Virus record (IMG/VR): IMGVR_UViG_3300044946_000220
Location: 38,035 to 102,034 of that record
Strand: one strand, 5' to 3'
DNA length: 64,000 bases
Source of the DNA: a virus
The notes beneath the pieces were generated by a model. The model made no database searches. It was not told where the DNA came from and saw only the letters and a list, made by a program, of their open reading frames with translations. The first letter of the stretch is position 1, and each line of letters begins with the position of its first letter. The position numbers were made by a program, and so were the translations under genes. Below are positions 8,219 through 17,268 of the stretch, piece by piece.

Positions 8219-9771
8219 CCGCACTGTCGTTCCGTTCGTTTCTGGAATCCAAGCACTACTGCAACCTTGAGTTGTCTCCGCTCATCGGGGCCATTGCGGA
8301 CGCAGCCGACTCGATAACGCCGACAAGCATCGATGACCTCACCTGCCAGAGGCACTTTGGGTGTCCACTTTCCGGCCTGCCCGTCACGCGTAAGCGCACA
8401 ATCGCAGTGCGGGCCGGCGGTCGCGGCGGAAAGACATCACGACTCCTGGCTCCGAAGGCCATTCACTCTGCATGGACGGTTCCTCTGCCTACCCTCAATA
8501 AGGGTGAGGTGGCCTCCTCTATTCTAGTGGCTCCAGATCTCAAGCTGGCCAAGCAGACGCTGTCGTTCGTCATCGGGTACATAGAAGACTCTCCGATCCT
8601 TCGGCCGGCGCTGGTCAAAGACCCGACTCAGGACGCCTGCACGCTCCGGCGCCCAGACGGAAAGCTGGTTCGCATAGAGATTCTGGCTGCGTCTAAGGGC
8701 GGAAAGGCCTTGCGCGCCCGCACGCTTGTATTCGCTGGGATGGACGAGGCATGCTTCTTTTTTGACGAGCACTCCGGCGCGATAAATGACGCGGACATTT
8801 TCCGAGCCGTGGCCATGCGCGTCGTGCCAGGCGGACAGGTGTGGGTTGTAAGCACTCCGTGGCTTGCGAACACTGGAATCCTAGAGACATTCGTAGACAA
8901 GGATCTTGGCATCCACAAGCACGCGCTTGTATGTACTGCCGGGACTCGTGCGCTGAATCCTACTTGGGATCCTACTGGCGAGATCGAGTCCGTCATGCGC
9001 GAGCAGGATCCGGACGCCGCGCGAAGGGAGATAGACGGAGAACCGCTCGCTGGCGCTCTAACTACGTTTTTCGATTGGAAGAGCGTTGACGACGCCGTAG
9101 ATCGGACTATGTCTTTGCCTCGCACCGCGTTGCCTGGGGAAGAGATTACGGCGGGCGGTGACTTCGCTTTCACGTCTGACTCCTCGGCCATGGTGGTGGT
9201 GCATCGCGACCATGAGAAGTACCGTGTGGCGGACATACTGGAGCTTCGGCCTCAGTCCGACAAGCCGCTGAAGCCGTCGGAAGTTGTGAGTACGTACGCC
9301 GAGCGAATGATGCGTCACGGCGGGTTGACGCGCATCACGGCCGACGGCCATTACAAGGAGACGATTCAGGAGCACCTGAACAACGCGGACATGTCGTTGA
9401 AGCTTGCTCCGCCGGGTAGCGAGGGTGTGGCCGAAACGTATCAAAAGGCCAGATCACTTTTCAGGGAGGGCAAGGTTGTATTGCCAGACAATGCTAGGCT
9501 GATAGCCCAGATCAAGTCCATCAACTGGAAGGCTAATCCAGGCGGTAGCATTTCAATAAAGAAGCCGCACGACAGGAATGGAGGCCACTGTGACATCTGC
9601 GACGCTATGGTACTAGCGTTGTGGGAGGCATGCGGGCTTGCCGTGCCGTTGCCCAGGCCAAAGGTAGGCACAGCGGAATACTTCAAGCTGGAGGAGGAGC
9701 GGATGATTGAGTCGCTCGAAGCCAAGCTTAGCGCCAGCAAGGGCGGCGAGTGGTGGGAGCAGTACAAGTGA
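8215..9771 (+). CDS. terL: terminase large subunit
   Basis: Walker A AGGRGGKT, Walker B FAGMDEA, coupling motif VVSTP, nuclease motifs GGDFAFTSDS and HCDICDA. Confidence 0.9.
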   Translation: MTALSFRSFLESKHYCNLELSPLIGAIADAADSITPTSIDDLTCQRHFGCPLSGLPVTRKRTIAVRAGGRGGKTSRLLAPKAIHSAWTVPLPTLNKGEVASSILVAPDLKLAKQTLSFVIGYIEDSPILRPALVKDPTQDACTLRRPDGKLVRIEILAASKGGKALRARTLVFAGMDEACFFFDEHSGAINDADIFRAVAMRVVPGGQVWVVSTPWLANTGILETFVDKDLGIHKHALVCTAGTRALNPTWDPTGEIESVMREQDPDAARREIDGEPLAGALTTFFDWKSVDDAVDRTMSLPRTALPGEEITAGGDFAFTSDSSAMVVVHRDHEKYRVADILELRPQSDKPLKPSEVVSTYAERMMRHGGLTRITADGHYKETIQEHLNNADMSLKLAPPGSEGVAETYQKARSLFREGKVVLPDNARLIAQIKSINWKANPGGSISIKKPHDRNGGHCDICDAMVLALWEACGLAVPLPRPKVGTAEYFKLEEERMIESLEAKLSASKGGEWWEQYK

Positions 9772-10415
9772 AACTCGTCCTTATATCCGACACCCACGAG
9801 CAGCACCGCAAGCTCAAGACCCTTCCGTCCGCAGACGTCATCATCCACGCCGGAGACTTCACGTACCGTGGCGAACTGAAAAAGGTAGCCGACTTCGCCG
9901 ACTGGCTCTCGCACCAACCGGCCGCCGTGAAGATCGTCATCGCTGGCAACCATGACCTGAGCTTCGAGGACGTGCGCTACGAAGCCGCCCGTCACGAACT
10001 GCAGTCCCGCGGCATCGACTACCTCGAAGGCGGCTCACTCGAAACGGGTGGCCTCAAGTTTTACGGAGCGCCTTGGCAGCCTGAGTTCTGCCAGTGGGCG
10101 TTCAACGTTCCGCGCGACTCCGAAGCCATCGCAGCGAAGTGGGCCGCCATTCCAGACGACGTTGACGTGTTGATCACTCACGGGCCGCCCAGCGGCATCC
10201 TCGACTTGTGCAGCAACGGACATGTCGGGTGCTTGCGACTCCGCGAGCGCGTTGGCGAGTTGAAACAGCTGAAGCTTCACGTGTTCGGACACGTGCATGA
10301 GGGGGCTGGAATACGCATGCCAGCCAACGGACGCAGGTTTCCAATGTTCGTAAACGCTTCCCAGTTGGACGGACAGTACCGGCACGTCCATGAACCAATC
10401 GAAGTAGATCTGTAG
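9768..10415 (+). CDS. calcineurin-like metallophosphoesterase
   Basis: SDTH, HAGD, AGNHD, LITHGPP, FGHVHE. Confidence 0.95.
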   Translation: MKLVLISDTHEQHRKLKTLPSADVIIHAGDFTYRGELKKVADFADWLSHQPAAVKIVIAGNHDLSFEDVRYEAARHELQSRGIDYLEGGSLETGGLKFYGAPWQPEFCQWAFNVPRDSEAIAAKWAAIPDDVDVLITHGPPSGILDLCSNGHVGCLRLRERVGELKQLKLHVFGHVHEGAGIRMPANGRRFPMFVNASQLDGQYRHVHEPIEVDL

Positions 10416-10419
10416 GACC

Positions 10420-11262
10420 ATGAGCGGATCAGACAAGACAGCGTTAGGCGACCGCATGAAGGCATACGAAGACGCCTACCGCGTCTACCTGCCGAGGCGT
10501 GTGCCCATCCTTCTGCGCGTAGACGGCAAGGCTTTCCACACCCTCACGAAACATTGCGAGCGCCCGTGGTACGATCGCCTGTGTGCAGCCATGGACGCGG
10601 TGGCCCTTGCGTTGTGCGAAGAGATCCAAGGCGCACAGCTTGCCTACGTTCAGAGTGACGAGGTTTCCGTACTCATCCACGGCTACAGAACAATCACAAG
10701 CGAGCCTTGGCTGAACAATGGCCTTCAGAAGATTGTCAGCGTGTCGGCCAGCGTGGCTACGGCGGCGTTCAACGATGCGTACAGGTCGTCCGCCGTCAGG
10801 TGGCTTGTCCCTGCCGGCACAGATCTGGATGTGATGGACGGCAACATTGGTATCATTCGGTACGTGGGGCCGAACTGCGTGCCAGAGTTGGCGCCAACGA
10901 AGTCCGCACACTTCGACTCGCGCGCATTCATGATGCCGGAAGACGAGGTTGCCAACTACTTCCTATGGCGCCAGCGCGACGCTGAGCGCAACTCGATACA
11001 GATGCTGGCGCGGGCGCACTTTAGCCACACCGAATGCCACAAGAAGTCGTGCGTCGATCTGCAAGATATGCTGCACACGAAGGGTGTCAACTGGAACGAC
11101 TGTCCCACTGTGCACAAGCGCGGCAGGTGCGCCGTGCGCGCCGATTTTGAACGAGACGGCACCGTGCGCAGCGGATGGGTGATAGACAAGGAGATCCCGA
11201 TGTTCGGGCAGGATCGCGCGTACGTCGAACGCCACGTGAACGTTCACAAGGAGGCTGCGTGA
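10420..11262 (+). CDS. thg1: tRNA(His) guanylyltransferase Thg1-like protein (3'-5' polymerase)
   Basis: GDRMKAYE, RVDGKAFH, YVQSDEVS, FDSR, NYFLWRQRDAERNS. Confidence 0.95.
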   Translation: MSGSDKTALGDRMKAYEDAYRVYLPRRVPILLRVDGKAFHTLTKHCERPWYDRLCAAMDAVALALCEEIQGAQLAYVQSDEVSVLIHGYRTITSEPWLNNGLQKIVSVSASVATAAFNDAYRSSAVRWLVPAGTDLDVMDGNIGIIRYVGPNCVPELAPTKSAHFDSRAFMMPEDEVANYFLWRQRDAERNSIQMLARAHFSHTECHKKSCVDLQDMLHTKGVNWNDCPTVHKRGRCAVRADFERDGTVRSGWVIDKEIPMFGQDRAYVERHVNVHKEAA

Positions 11263-11516
11263 GCCTCGACATTGAGCCCGGCACACTTTCCGAGGACGAG
11301 TTCCAGACGCTCATCCGGCACCTAGACGCCTTCCCTGCCGCAGAAACGTGCCCCGTATGCTCTTTCACCGAATGGGACGTCCCCGCGATGAAGGAGCACC
11401 CCGTGTACGTGGAGGCTCGCGAAAAGCGTATGACTGGTACGCTGCTCGTGTCGCTAGTGTGCTCCACGTGTGCGTACGTTAGGCAGTTTGCGTGGAGGGG
11501 GGTTTGCCGTGAGTGA
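11259..11516 (+). CDS. small zinc-ribbon protein
   Basis: CPVC...CSTC; GTGA-coupled. Confidence 0.65.
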   Translation: MSLDIEPGTLSEDEFQTLIRHLDAFPAAETCPVCSFTEWDVPAMKEHPVYVEAREKRMTGTLLVSLVCSTCAYVRQFAWRGVCRE

Positions 11517-11880
11517 CGTCGTCTTTGTGTCCGTACCAATTCGCACGGTGTCCGAGGCCAACATTCGCGTTCACTGGGCTGTGCGGGCCAAACGCGTCAA
11601 GGCGCAGCGGCAGGCCGTAGCCATGACGCTGAGTGCGCGCCGCAAACATGTCCGCCAGCCTCCGTATACCGTGACGCTGTGCCGTGTTGCCCCCAGCAAG
11701 GGGCTTGACGGGGACAACCTATGCAGCTCACTCAAGGCGTCCAGGGATGCGGTAGCCGAAGTGCTGGGCATCGACGACGGGGACTCGCGCATCACATGGC
11801 GGTACCTGCAACGCCGAGGCAAACCGAAAGAGTACGCCGTGGAGATAACCGTCGAGAGCCAATCGAACCCTAGTACATGA
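11509..11880 (+). CDS. RusA-like Holliday junction resolvase
   Basis: SEAN...LDGDNLCSSLKASRDAVAEVLGIDDGD. Confidence 0.8.
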   Translation: MSDVVFVSVPIRTVSEANIRVHWAVRAKRVKAQRQAVAMTLSARRKHVRQPPYTVTLCRVAPSKGLDGDNLCSSLKASRDAVAEVLGIDDGDSRITWRYLQRRGKPKEYAVEITVESQSNPST

Positions 11881-12122
11881 GCCTTGACCAACTCATTCCG
11901 TGGCGAGTCAGTCCGCAGGTGCTTGCCGACTGGTGCGCCTACCAGATTCAGCACAACGGCAAGGCGGCGTCCTACTGCTCGGCGATACTCCGCATGATCG
12001 CGCACAAGAAGTGGCCGGTCGCCACGAAGGACGCGTACGGAACGGCGTGCGACTTGGGCAGCGAGTTGGGCGAAACGCTTGGGGAGACGGTGGGTGTTCC
12101 GATCGTATGGGACGAGAACTGA
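11877..12122 (+). CDS. hypothetical protein
   Basis: ATGA-coupled ORF. Confidence 0.6.
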   Translation: MSLDQLIPWRVSPQVLADWCAYQIQHNGKAASYCSAILRMIAHKKWPVATKDAYGTACDLGSELGETLGETVGVPIVWDEN

Positions 12123-12451
12123 TCGATGCGCTGGACAAGCTTCTCAAGCTGTACGACGACGCTTACGCGCGAGGTATCGACATTGCCATTGCAGAGGCGT
12201 GCGACGACGCAACGGGCTGGAAGATCCGGCAACTGTTTCGCGAGGAAGACGCGCGCTACGGCAAGTGCTGGCCGGAGATGCTTGGTAGTCCGGCGTGGCA
12301 GGTGGAGCTTTCGGCCGGACGGCTTGCGGTAATTCTACGACTGCGGAGACTGAAGAAGCGACTATCCAATGAGCAACGTAAACAAGCGAAAACGAGCAAC
12401 ACTCCCTGTGCTGACGGCGAAGCAAGCGGAGGAGCTGCTGCTGTACTTTGA
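12107..12451 (+). CDS. hypothetical protein
   Basis: Protein-like from MGRELIDALDK; overlaps next gene by ~80 nt. Confidence 0.5.
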   Translation: MGRELIDALDKLLKLYDDAYARGIDIAIAEACDDATGWKIRQLFREEDARYGKCWPEMLGSPAWQVELSAGRLAVILRLRRLKKRLSNEQRKQAKTSNTPCADGEASGGAAAVL

Positions 12452-12743
12452 CGGCAACCAGCCTTCGGAGCCAGGGGCCGAGTCAACGCACGGCGCTGTG
12501 GTGAAGTGGCTAGCGCGCGGGCAGTTGGAGGCTCCGGACATGCTGTCTTCGTCAGAAGACGAGATGCTTGAGTACCTGGATGCCAAGCGAGAGTGGGACA
12601 TGGTGGAGGCGAAGGTAGAGAAATGCTCAGACGCAACCCTAGGCGTTCTTGCAGCGTGGTTCGCGGCAAAAGAGGTGGATCGTCACCGAGTCGCAGACGA
12701 CGAGGTCTTGGCGGCGGCGTGCAAGGAGTACGCAGCAACATGA
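12369..12743 (+). CDS. hypothetical acidic helical protein
   Basis: ATGA-coupled to kinase. Confidence 0.65.
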   Translation: MSNVNKRKRATLPVLTAKQAEELLLYFDGNQPSEPGAESTHGAVVKWLARGQLEAPDMLSSSEDEMLEYLDAKREWDMVEAKVEKCSDATLGVLAAWFAAKEVDRHRVADDEVLAAACKEYAAT

Positions 12744-13195
12744 ACGTCATCGTCTTGAGTGGGTGCAGCGGGAGTGGGAAGTCCACATACGCCAAGAAGC
12801 TGCTGGAAGACGCCAACGGCCGCGCCACGTGCGTTAGTGCAGACCACTATTTTGAGCGTGGCGGGTACTATGATTTCAAGTCCGATGAGTTGCCACAGGC
12901 CCACGGCTACTGCTTCCGCCGGTTCATCAACGCCCTTCGCGACGGCAACGCCGGTGTGCTGGACACGATCATCATTGACAACACAAACCAGTCTGCGGCG
13001 AACATTTCGCCGTACTTCCTCGGCGCGCAAGCCTTCGGCTGGACGTCGGAGTTGGTGACGGTGCTGTGCGACGTTGAGGTGGCCGCCGCGCGCAACAAGC
13101 ACGGGGTTCCGCCGGAGAAGGTGAGACAGCAGGCCGCGCGAATTGCAAAGCGGCAGGTCCCGAAGACGTGGAAGCAAAGGACGGTGGAACTGTGA
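12740..13195 (+). CDS. P-loop kinase, polynucleotide-kinase-like (AAA_33 type)
   Basis: GCSGSGKSTYA, SADHYF, IIIDNTN, RNKHGVP. Confidence 0.9.
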   Translation: MNVIVLSGCSGSGKSTYAKKLLEDANGRATCVSADHYFERGGYYDFKSDELPQAHGYCFRRFINALRDGNAGVLDTIIIDNTNQSAANISPYFLGAQAFGWTSELVTVLCDVEVAAARNKHGVPPEKVRQQAARIAKRQVPKTWKQRTVEL

Positions 13196-14289
13196 CATTG
13201 GACATGAGTGTGTTTGGTCGAGAGCTTGGCCGTATTCTGAACGTGCCGAAGATGGCGGCCGAGGGGCATCCGCTGCTTGAGCGCGTGATGCGGAATGAAC
13301 AGTTTTACGGTAACACCCATGTGTCGCCATGCACCGACGGTCTGCCGTTGGGCAGAAGCGTCACATACACGAGCGTCCACGCGCACAAGCAGCCTCAGAT
13401 CAACTGGCTGACGCATCGCCTGAAGGACTACGAGCGCGTGGTGCTGGACTCATATCCGGAGCGCGCAATTGCGGACTGCAAGTTCGCCGTGAGATGCCTT
13501 GGCGATCGGCTGTCGCGGGCCCTGTACACGACCACCAAGTCCAAGGGTTTTGACGGAACGTTCACGACTGACAACGTGGTGGATCCGCTGAGCGACTGGG
13601 TGCCTCCGTATGCGCCGGGGAAAGGCGACTGTTGGCGCGGTGTAGATCGTACGACAGATCCCGCGCGTCTCGCTGGGCAACGACTGAACGCATCCGGCGC
13701 TGTGGCGTCAGAGGCCCTCATCCTAGCCGACCAGCTTGGCGTGCGCGAAGGGTCCGATGAAGACGAACCGTTGTACGTGAACCCGATCACGCACTGTCGC
13801 ATCCCCAAGTCGGACCGACGCGCCTCCATGGTGCTGGACTATTCGTGCCCAGAGGACACGATCTGGCGGCTGCCGGACGGATGTCTGGAGATTCTGAGCG
13901 CTTGGCACGCGCCGCAACTGCTGGACTGGGATAGTAGGCCCATTGTGCGGCGAGATGACGGCAAGATGGAGGTGCGACTGGGGTTCTACGGAAACACCGT
14001 TATGAAGAATGTGGGTAAGGTGGTACGCATTATGGGTTTGAGCCTACCGGAGGTGAAGCCCAGTGCGACGTGGGTCATCGGCAGCGGCAGACCGTTCAGC
14101 GAGTTGCCCACGCTGAAGGAGCCGGCGTCCGACGTGTGCGAATCCACAATTCTGTCCTACGGGAAGATGCCTGCGCCAGTGGTGACGCCGCCCGCAATCG
14201 CCGAGAAGGCGTGCCCCAATCCTACGTGCGGGAAGATGAATGACGTGGGCACGACTAAGTGCTGGTTCTGTACTGGGAGCTTGACGTGA
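13192..14289 (+). CDS. diverged paralogue of the major capsid protein with C-terminal zinc ribbon
   Basis: Colinear similarity to 29111..30370 across N- and C-terminal blocks; ends CPNPTC...CWFC. Confidence 0.8.
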   Translation: MTLDMSVFGRELGRILNVPKMAAEGHPLLERVMRNEQFYGNTHVSPCTDGLPLGRSVTYTSVHAHKQPQINWLTHRLKDYERVVLDSYPERAIADCKFAVRCLGDRLSRALYTTTKSKGFDGTFTTDNVVDPLSDWVPPYAPGKGDCWRGVDRTTDPARLAGQRLNASGAVASEALILADQLGVREGSDEDEPLYVNPITHCRIPKSDRRASMVLDYSCPEDTIWRLPDGCLEILSAWHAPQLLDWDSRPIVRRDDGKMEVRLGFYGNTVMKNVGKVVRIMGLSLPEVKPSATWVIGSGRPFSELPTLKEPASDVCESTILSYGKMPAPVVTPPAIAEKACPNPTCGKMNDVGTTKCWFCTGSLT

Positions 14290-14453
14290 AGCAACCCAAG
14301 AAACTGCGCCGCAAGGCATTGGCTCGCGCACGCCGCAAGCTGGCCGCACTCCAGTCGCGTAACGCGAGGCCGCGCACGATCAAGCGACAGAAGGATCGTT
14401 GGGCGAAGCGAACGGCGGCACAATTCATGTACGACAGGCTGCAAGATGGCTGA
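14286..14453 (+). CDS. small basic protein
   Basis: Lys/Arg-rich ORF filling the gap between two genes. Confidence 0.55.
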   Translation: MKQPKKLRRKALARARRKLAALQSRNARPRTIKRQKDRWAKRTAAQFMYDRLQDG

Positions 14454-15078
14454 TCTGCCCAAAGCGATCATCTGCGACCTCGACGGCAGTCTCGCCTTGA
14501 TTGGGCCGAGAAACCCTTACGACGCCGCCAAGTGCGAGGTAGATACGCTGAACTGGCCTGTAGCCGCTACCGTGCACGCCCTTCGCAACGCAGGCTACCG
14601 TGTCATATTCATGTCTGGCCGCAAGGAGTGCGATCGAAAGCCAACCGTTGACTGGATCCGCAAGAACATGCTCAGCGGCGTGTGCGGTTGGGTTGAATGC
14701 GTAGACTACGAGCTTTTCATGCGCGAAACGGACGATAACCGTCCTGACAATGTGGTGAAAGTCGAGCTTTTTGAGAAGTACGTGAAGCCTAGGTACGACG
14801 TGCTTCTGACGTTAGACGATCGCAAAAAAGTGGTCCGCGCGTGGAGGGACGCACTGGGGCTCGTATGCCTGCAGGTCAACGACGGTCCGCTAGAGAAAAC
14901 GGACTGCATTCATTGCGGAGGAAGCGGCACCAGTAAGGCCCTTGTAGGCGATGAGCAAGAAGCCGCGTTGGCGCTATGCGATCTGGTGGGTAAGCCGTCC
15001 TGGGAGCCGCACCTGCGTGAAGCCGAGTATGCAATCAAGTCGATTATCAAGGCTGTGAGCAAAGGGAGAGCGAGATGA
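14446..15078 (+). CDS. HAD phosphatase similar to the 3'-phosphatase domain of T4 polynucleotide kinase
   Basis: CDLDGSLA, FMSGR, MRETDDNRPDNVVK, LDDRKKVV...GLVCLQV. Confidence 0.92.
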   Translation: MADLPKAIICDLDGSLALIGPRNPYDAAKCEVDTLNWPVAATVHALRNAGYRVIFMSGRKECDRKPTVDWIRKNMLSGVCGWVECVDYELFMRETDDNRPDNVVKVELFEKYVKPRYDVLLTLDDRKKVVRAWRDALGLVCLQVNDGPLEKTDCIHCGGSGTSKALVGDEQEAALALCDLVGKPSWEPHLREAEYAIKSIIKAVSKGRAR

Positions 15079-15794
15079 TTTATGCACTGTGTTTGTGTCT
15101 TACGGCGGCCCTGATCGTCAGTCGAGTGCTTGCGCGACTCGGGCGCCTTAGACTAGCGGATGAAAACGAACTGCAGGCAAGCCGGTTACAGGTGGCCAAC
15201 AATGTTATCAACGCCGAGCGAATGCTACACAAAGAGTTGCGCGCCGAGCGAGACGGTTTGCGCGCCGAGCTTGCCGCAAAGGCCAATACGGTTGCGGTCG
15301 CCCCAAAGTGGGAGACGTGGCACAAGAGCGGCAATTGGCCGTCGTTTCGCGAGCGAGAAGAAGCTGGAGATCCGTGGGTGTCCACCCTAAATCAGTTGCG
15401 AAAAGAGCTGAGCGCCCTACAAAACCACGAGCGAACTATCTCCGATTTGCGAACGAAACAAAACGCTCTCGTGACGGAGATGCACTACGTGTCTGGTGCC
15501 ATGTTGAAGTCAGAGAAGGTGGCCGAGGAGTTGCGCTTCAGGTTGAAGCGCAGGGATGTGCGAATCAGGGTGCTGGAGGCCGAGGCTGTGCTTTACGGGC
15601 GCAAGCCGCCTGTGGCAAGGTTCGCCACACCCAAGGGCTGGGATGCGTGGGACGACAAGAAGCAAAATAAGTGGCTGCTTGACAACATGAAGCCGCTACT
15701 TGCGGCTCATCCGCCCTATCCGCTCGGCCGCCCACCGGAAGACGACAAGTCTCAATCGAAACCCAGTACAAGGAAGGCAAAGGCCAAGAAATGA
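15075..15794 (+). CDS. membrane-anchored coiled-coil protein
   Basis: Hydrophobic N-terminus then heptad-like helices. Confidence 0.65.
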   Translation: MIYALCLCLTAALIVSRVLARLGRLRLADENELQASRLQVANNVINAERMLHKELRAERDGLRAELAAKANTVAVAPKWETWHKSGNWPSFREREEAGDPWVSTLNQLRKELSALQNHERTISDLRTKQNALVTEMHYVSGAMLKSEKVAEELRFRLKRRDVRIRVLEAEAVLYGRKPPVARFATPKGWDAWDDKKQNKWLLDNMKPLLAAHPPYPLGRPPEDDKSQSKPSTRKAKAKK

Positions 15795-16099
15795 CGATCA
15801 ATAACAACAGCAACACCAATCGCAACGTCGACGTGAACAACGACACCCTCGCTTCGGCGATGCGGACGATTATCAACGATCGGCTGACGATTGATACGCA
15901 TACGCCGACCAACAACAACGTGAATGCCACCCAGAACGACGACTTCGAGCCCACGCACGTCATTGTCAGCGGCTTCGGCGTCACGATCAGCGAGTTTCTG
16001 GATCCGGACGAGTACACCAATAACGCGATCTACGGCGAGACGCTGGTGCGCATGGTGGCTGCGTACAACTCGGCGGACAAGGTGCTGACGGGAACGTGA
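15791..16099 (+). CDS. hypothetical Asn/Thr-rich protein
   Basis: Coupled on both sides. Confidence 0.65.
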   Translation: MTINNNSNTNRNVDVNNDTLASAMRTIINDRLTIDTHTPTNNNVNATQNDDFEPTHVIVSGFGVTISEFLDPDEYTNNAIYGETLVRMVAAYNSADKVLTGT

Positions 16100-16386
16100 T
16101 CGGGGACGGCGCCATCTTCGCCGAGGAGCTTGGTAGGCACTTGAAAATGTCTACCAAGCGCGCGCGAAGGCTGATGTGGGAAGTGTTTGCCAGATACGGC
16201 GAGACGGTTGTTTCCGCCGTGCCTGGCAAGCGCGGGTTCAGGCCTTGGACCACCTGGGCGGCGTGGGAAAGCAGGTTGCCTTCCCTTAGGTCTGGCGGAA
16301 AGGACATTTTTGACAGAGTTTCTACACTGGAGACTGAGATCGCTAGGCTAAAGGCCCACTTAGGGCCACAAGGTGGAGGAATCTAA
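16096..16386 (+). CDS. hypothetical, possibly DNA-binding protein
   Basis: GTGA-coupled; helix-turn-helix-like N-terminus (weak). Confidence 0.55.
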   Translation: MIGDGAIFAEELGRHLKMSTKRARRLMWEVFARYGETVVSAVPGKRGFRPWTTWAAWESRLPSLRSGGKDIFDRVSTLETEIARLKAHLGPQGGGI

Positions 16387-16734
16387 CCTTATAGGTAGGA
16401 GCATGTCGCAACAGGAACTGACTGGATCTCGCGCTTCTGCGCCTCCCAGCCTGTGCACGAAATGTGCGCCGCCCCAAACGGGACATCGGCGCGTCTTGCT
16501 CAGCTTTTCGACTAGTGCCAGCCGCGTTACGCTTGAGCCGGGCATCGACCCTCGCTCTGACGCTTTGTCCAACGCGGCGCGCACTAACCGGCCCGGGAAT
16601 GGGGGAACACCCCAGATGGGCCATTTTGCGGTCGCTACCCGTCTCGCTAGGTGCACGCGCTGGTCGCGTCCACTGGTACCCTGCGTGCGGTCGGCCGTTG
16701 CCGGTTATGTTCGGGTAGCTCCCGACTCCGGCGT

Positions 16735-16796
16735 GCAGTCGGCGGCGGTAAAGGGCCGCGCGACGTCCCCCAGTTCGACTCTGGGCGTCTGCACCG
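16735..16796 (+). ncRNA. tRNA-like element lacking an anticodon arm
   Basis: Acceptor-like stem GCAGTCG/CGTCTGC (one mismatch), hairpin GCGGC-GGTAAAGG-GCCGC, canonical T arm CCCAG-TTCGACT-CTGGG, then ACCG. Confidence 0.5.
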
Positions 16797-16857
16797 GGCG
16801 GCCACGGCCAGGACGATGGGCGCTTGCCTGTGGCGGGCAGCGCAGCGGTTGCGGGCG

Positions 16858-17112
16858 ATGAGGCGGCACTACGTCTTTTCGGCGATTGTGGCCGTCCTGG
16901 CCATCGCCTTCACTGTTTTCTCGTGTGGCGGCATCCTTGCGACACCATACTGCCTTGCGGGGCACCACTACTGCGGCGGAATCGCCGAAGGCGCCGCTGT
17001 TTGCTGCCCCAACACTGCGGTGTGCGGGACCGATGTAAATCGGTGTCCACGGGGCGAATGTTGTCCCCTGGCCGACGCCCCTCCCGGCACCAAGCCGGAC
17101 GGCGACTTTTGA
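16858..17112 (+). CDS. cysteine-rich lipoprotein
   Basis: Signal peptide ending VFSC, followed by eight more Cys. Confidence 0.75.
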   Translation: MRRHYVFSAIVAVLAIAFTVFSCGGILATPYCLAGHHYCGGIAEGAAVCCPNTAVCGTDVNRCPRGECCPLADAPPGTKPDGDF

Positions 17113-17267
17113 TCACGCAGGCCGTTCCCGTGACCCTCCTCCACGCGTGGGACGGCCGAACTCTTCGATGCGAGGTAGCACAATTGGCAGTGCTTTCGTC
17201 TGTTACACGAAATTATACAGGTCCGAATCCTGTCTTCGCAGCCGACATCGCCAATCGATACAAGTAG
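17109..17267 (+). CDS. small hypothetical protein
   Basis: TTGA overlap, fills gap. Confidence 0.45.
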   Translation: MITQAVPVTLLHAWDGRTLRCEVAQLAVLSSVTRNYTGPNPVFAADIANRYK

Positions 17268-17268
17268 T

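Noticed and set aside
16735-16796. Canonical tRNA gene
   Set aside because: No anticodon arm and no encoded CCA; kept only as tRNA-like
16373-16861. 162-aa plus-strand ORF across the gap
   Set aside because: Arg/Ser/Pro-rich with no motif; the region looks more like structured RNA, though coding is not excluded
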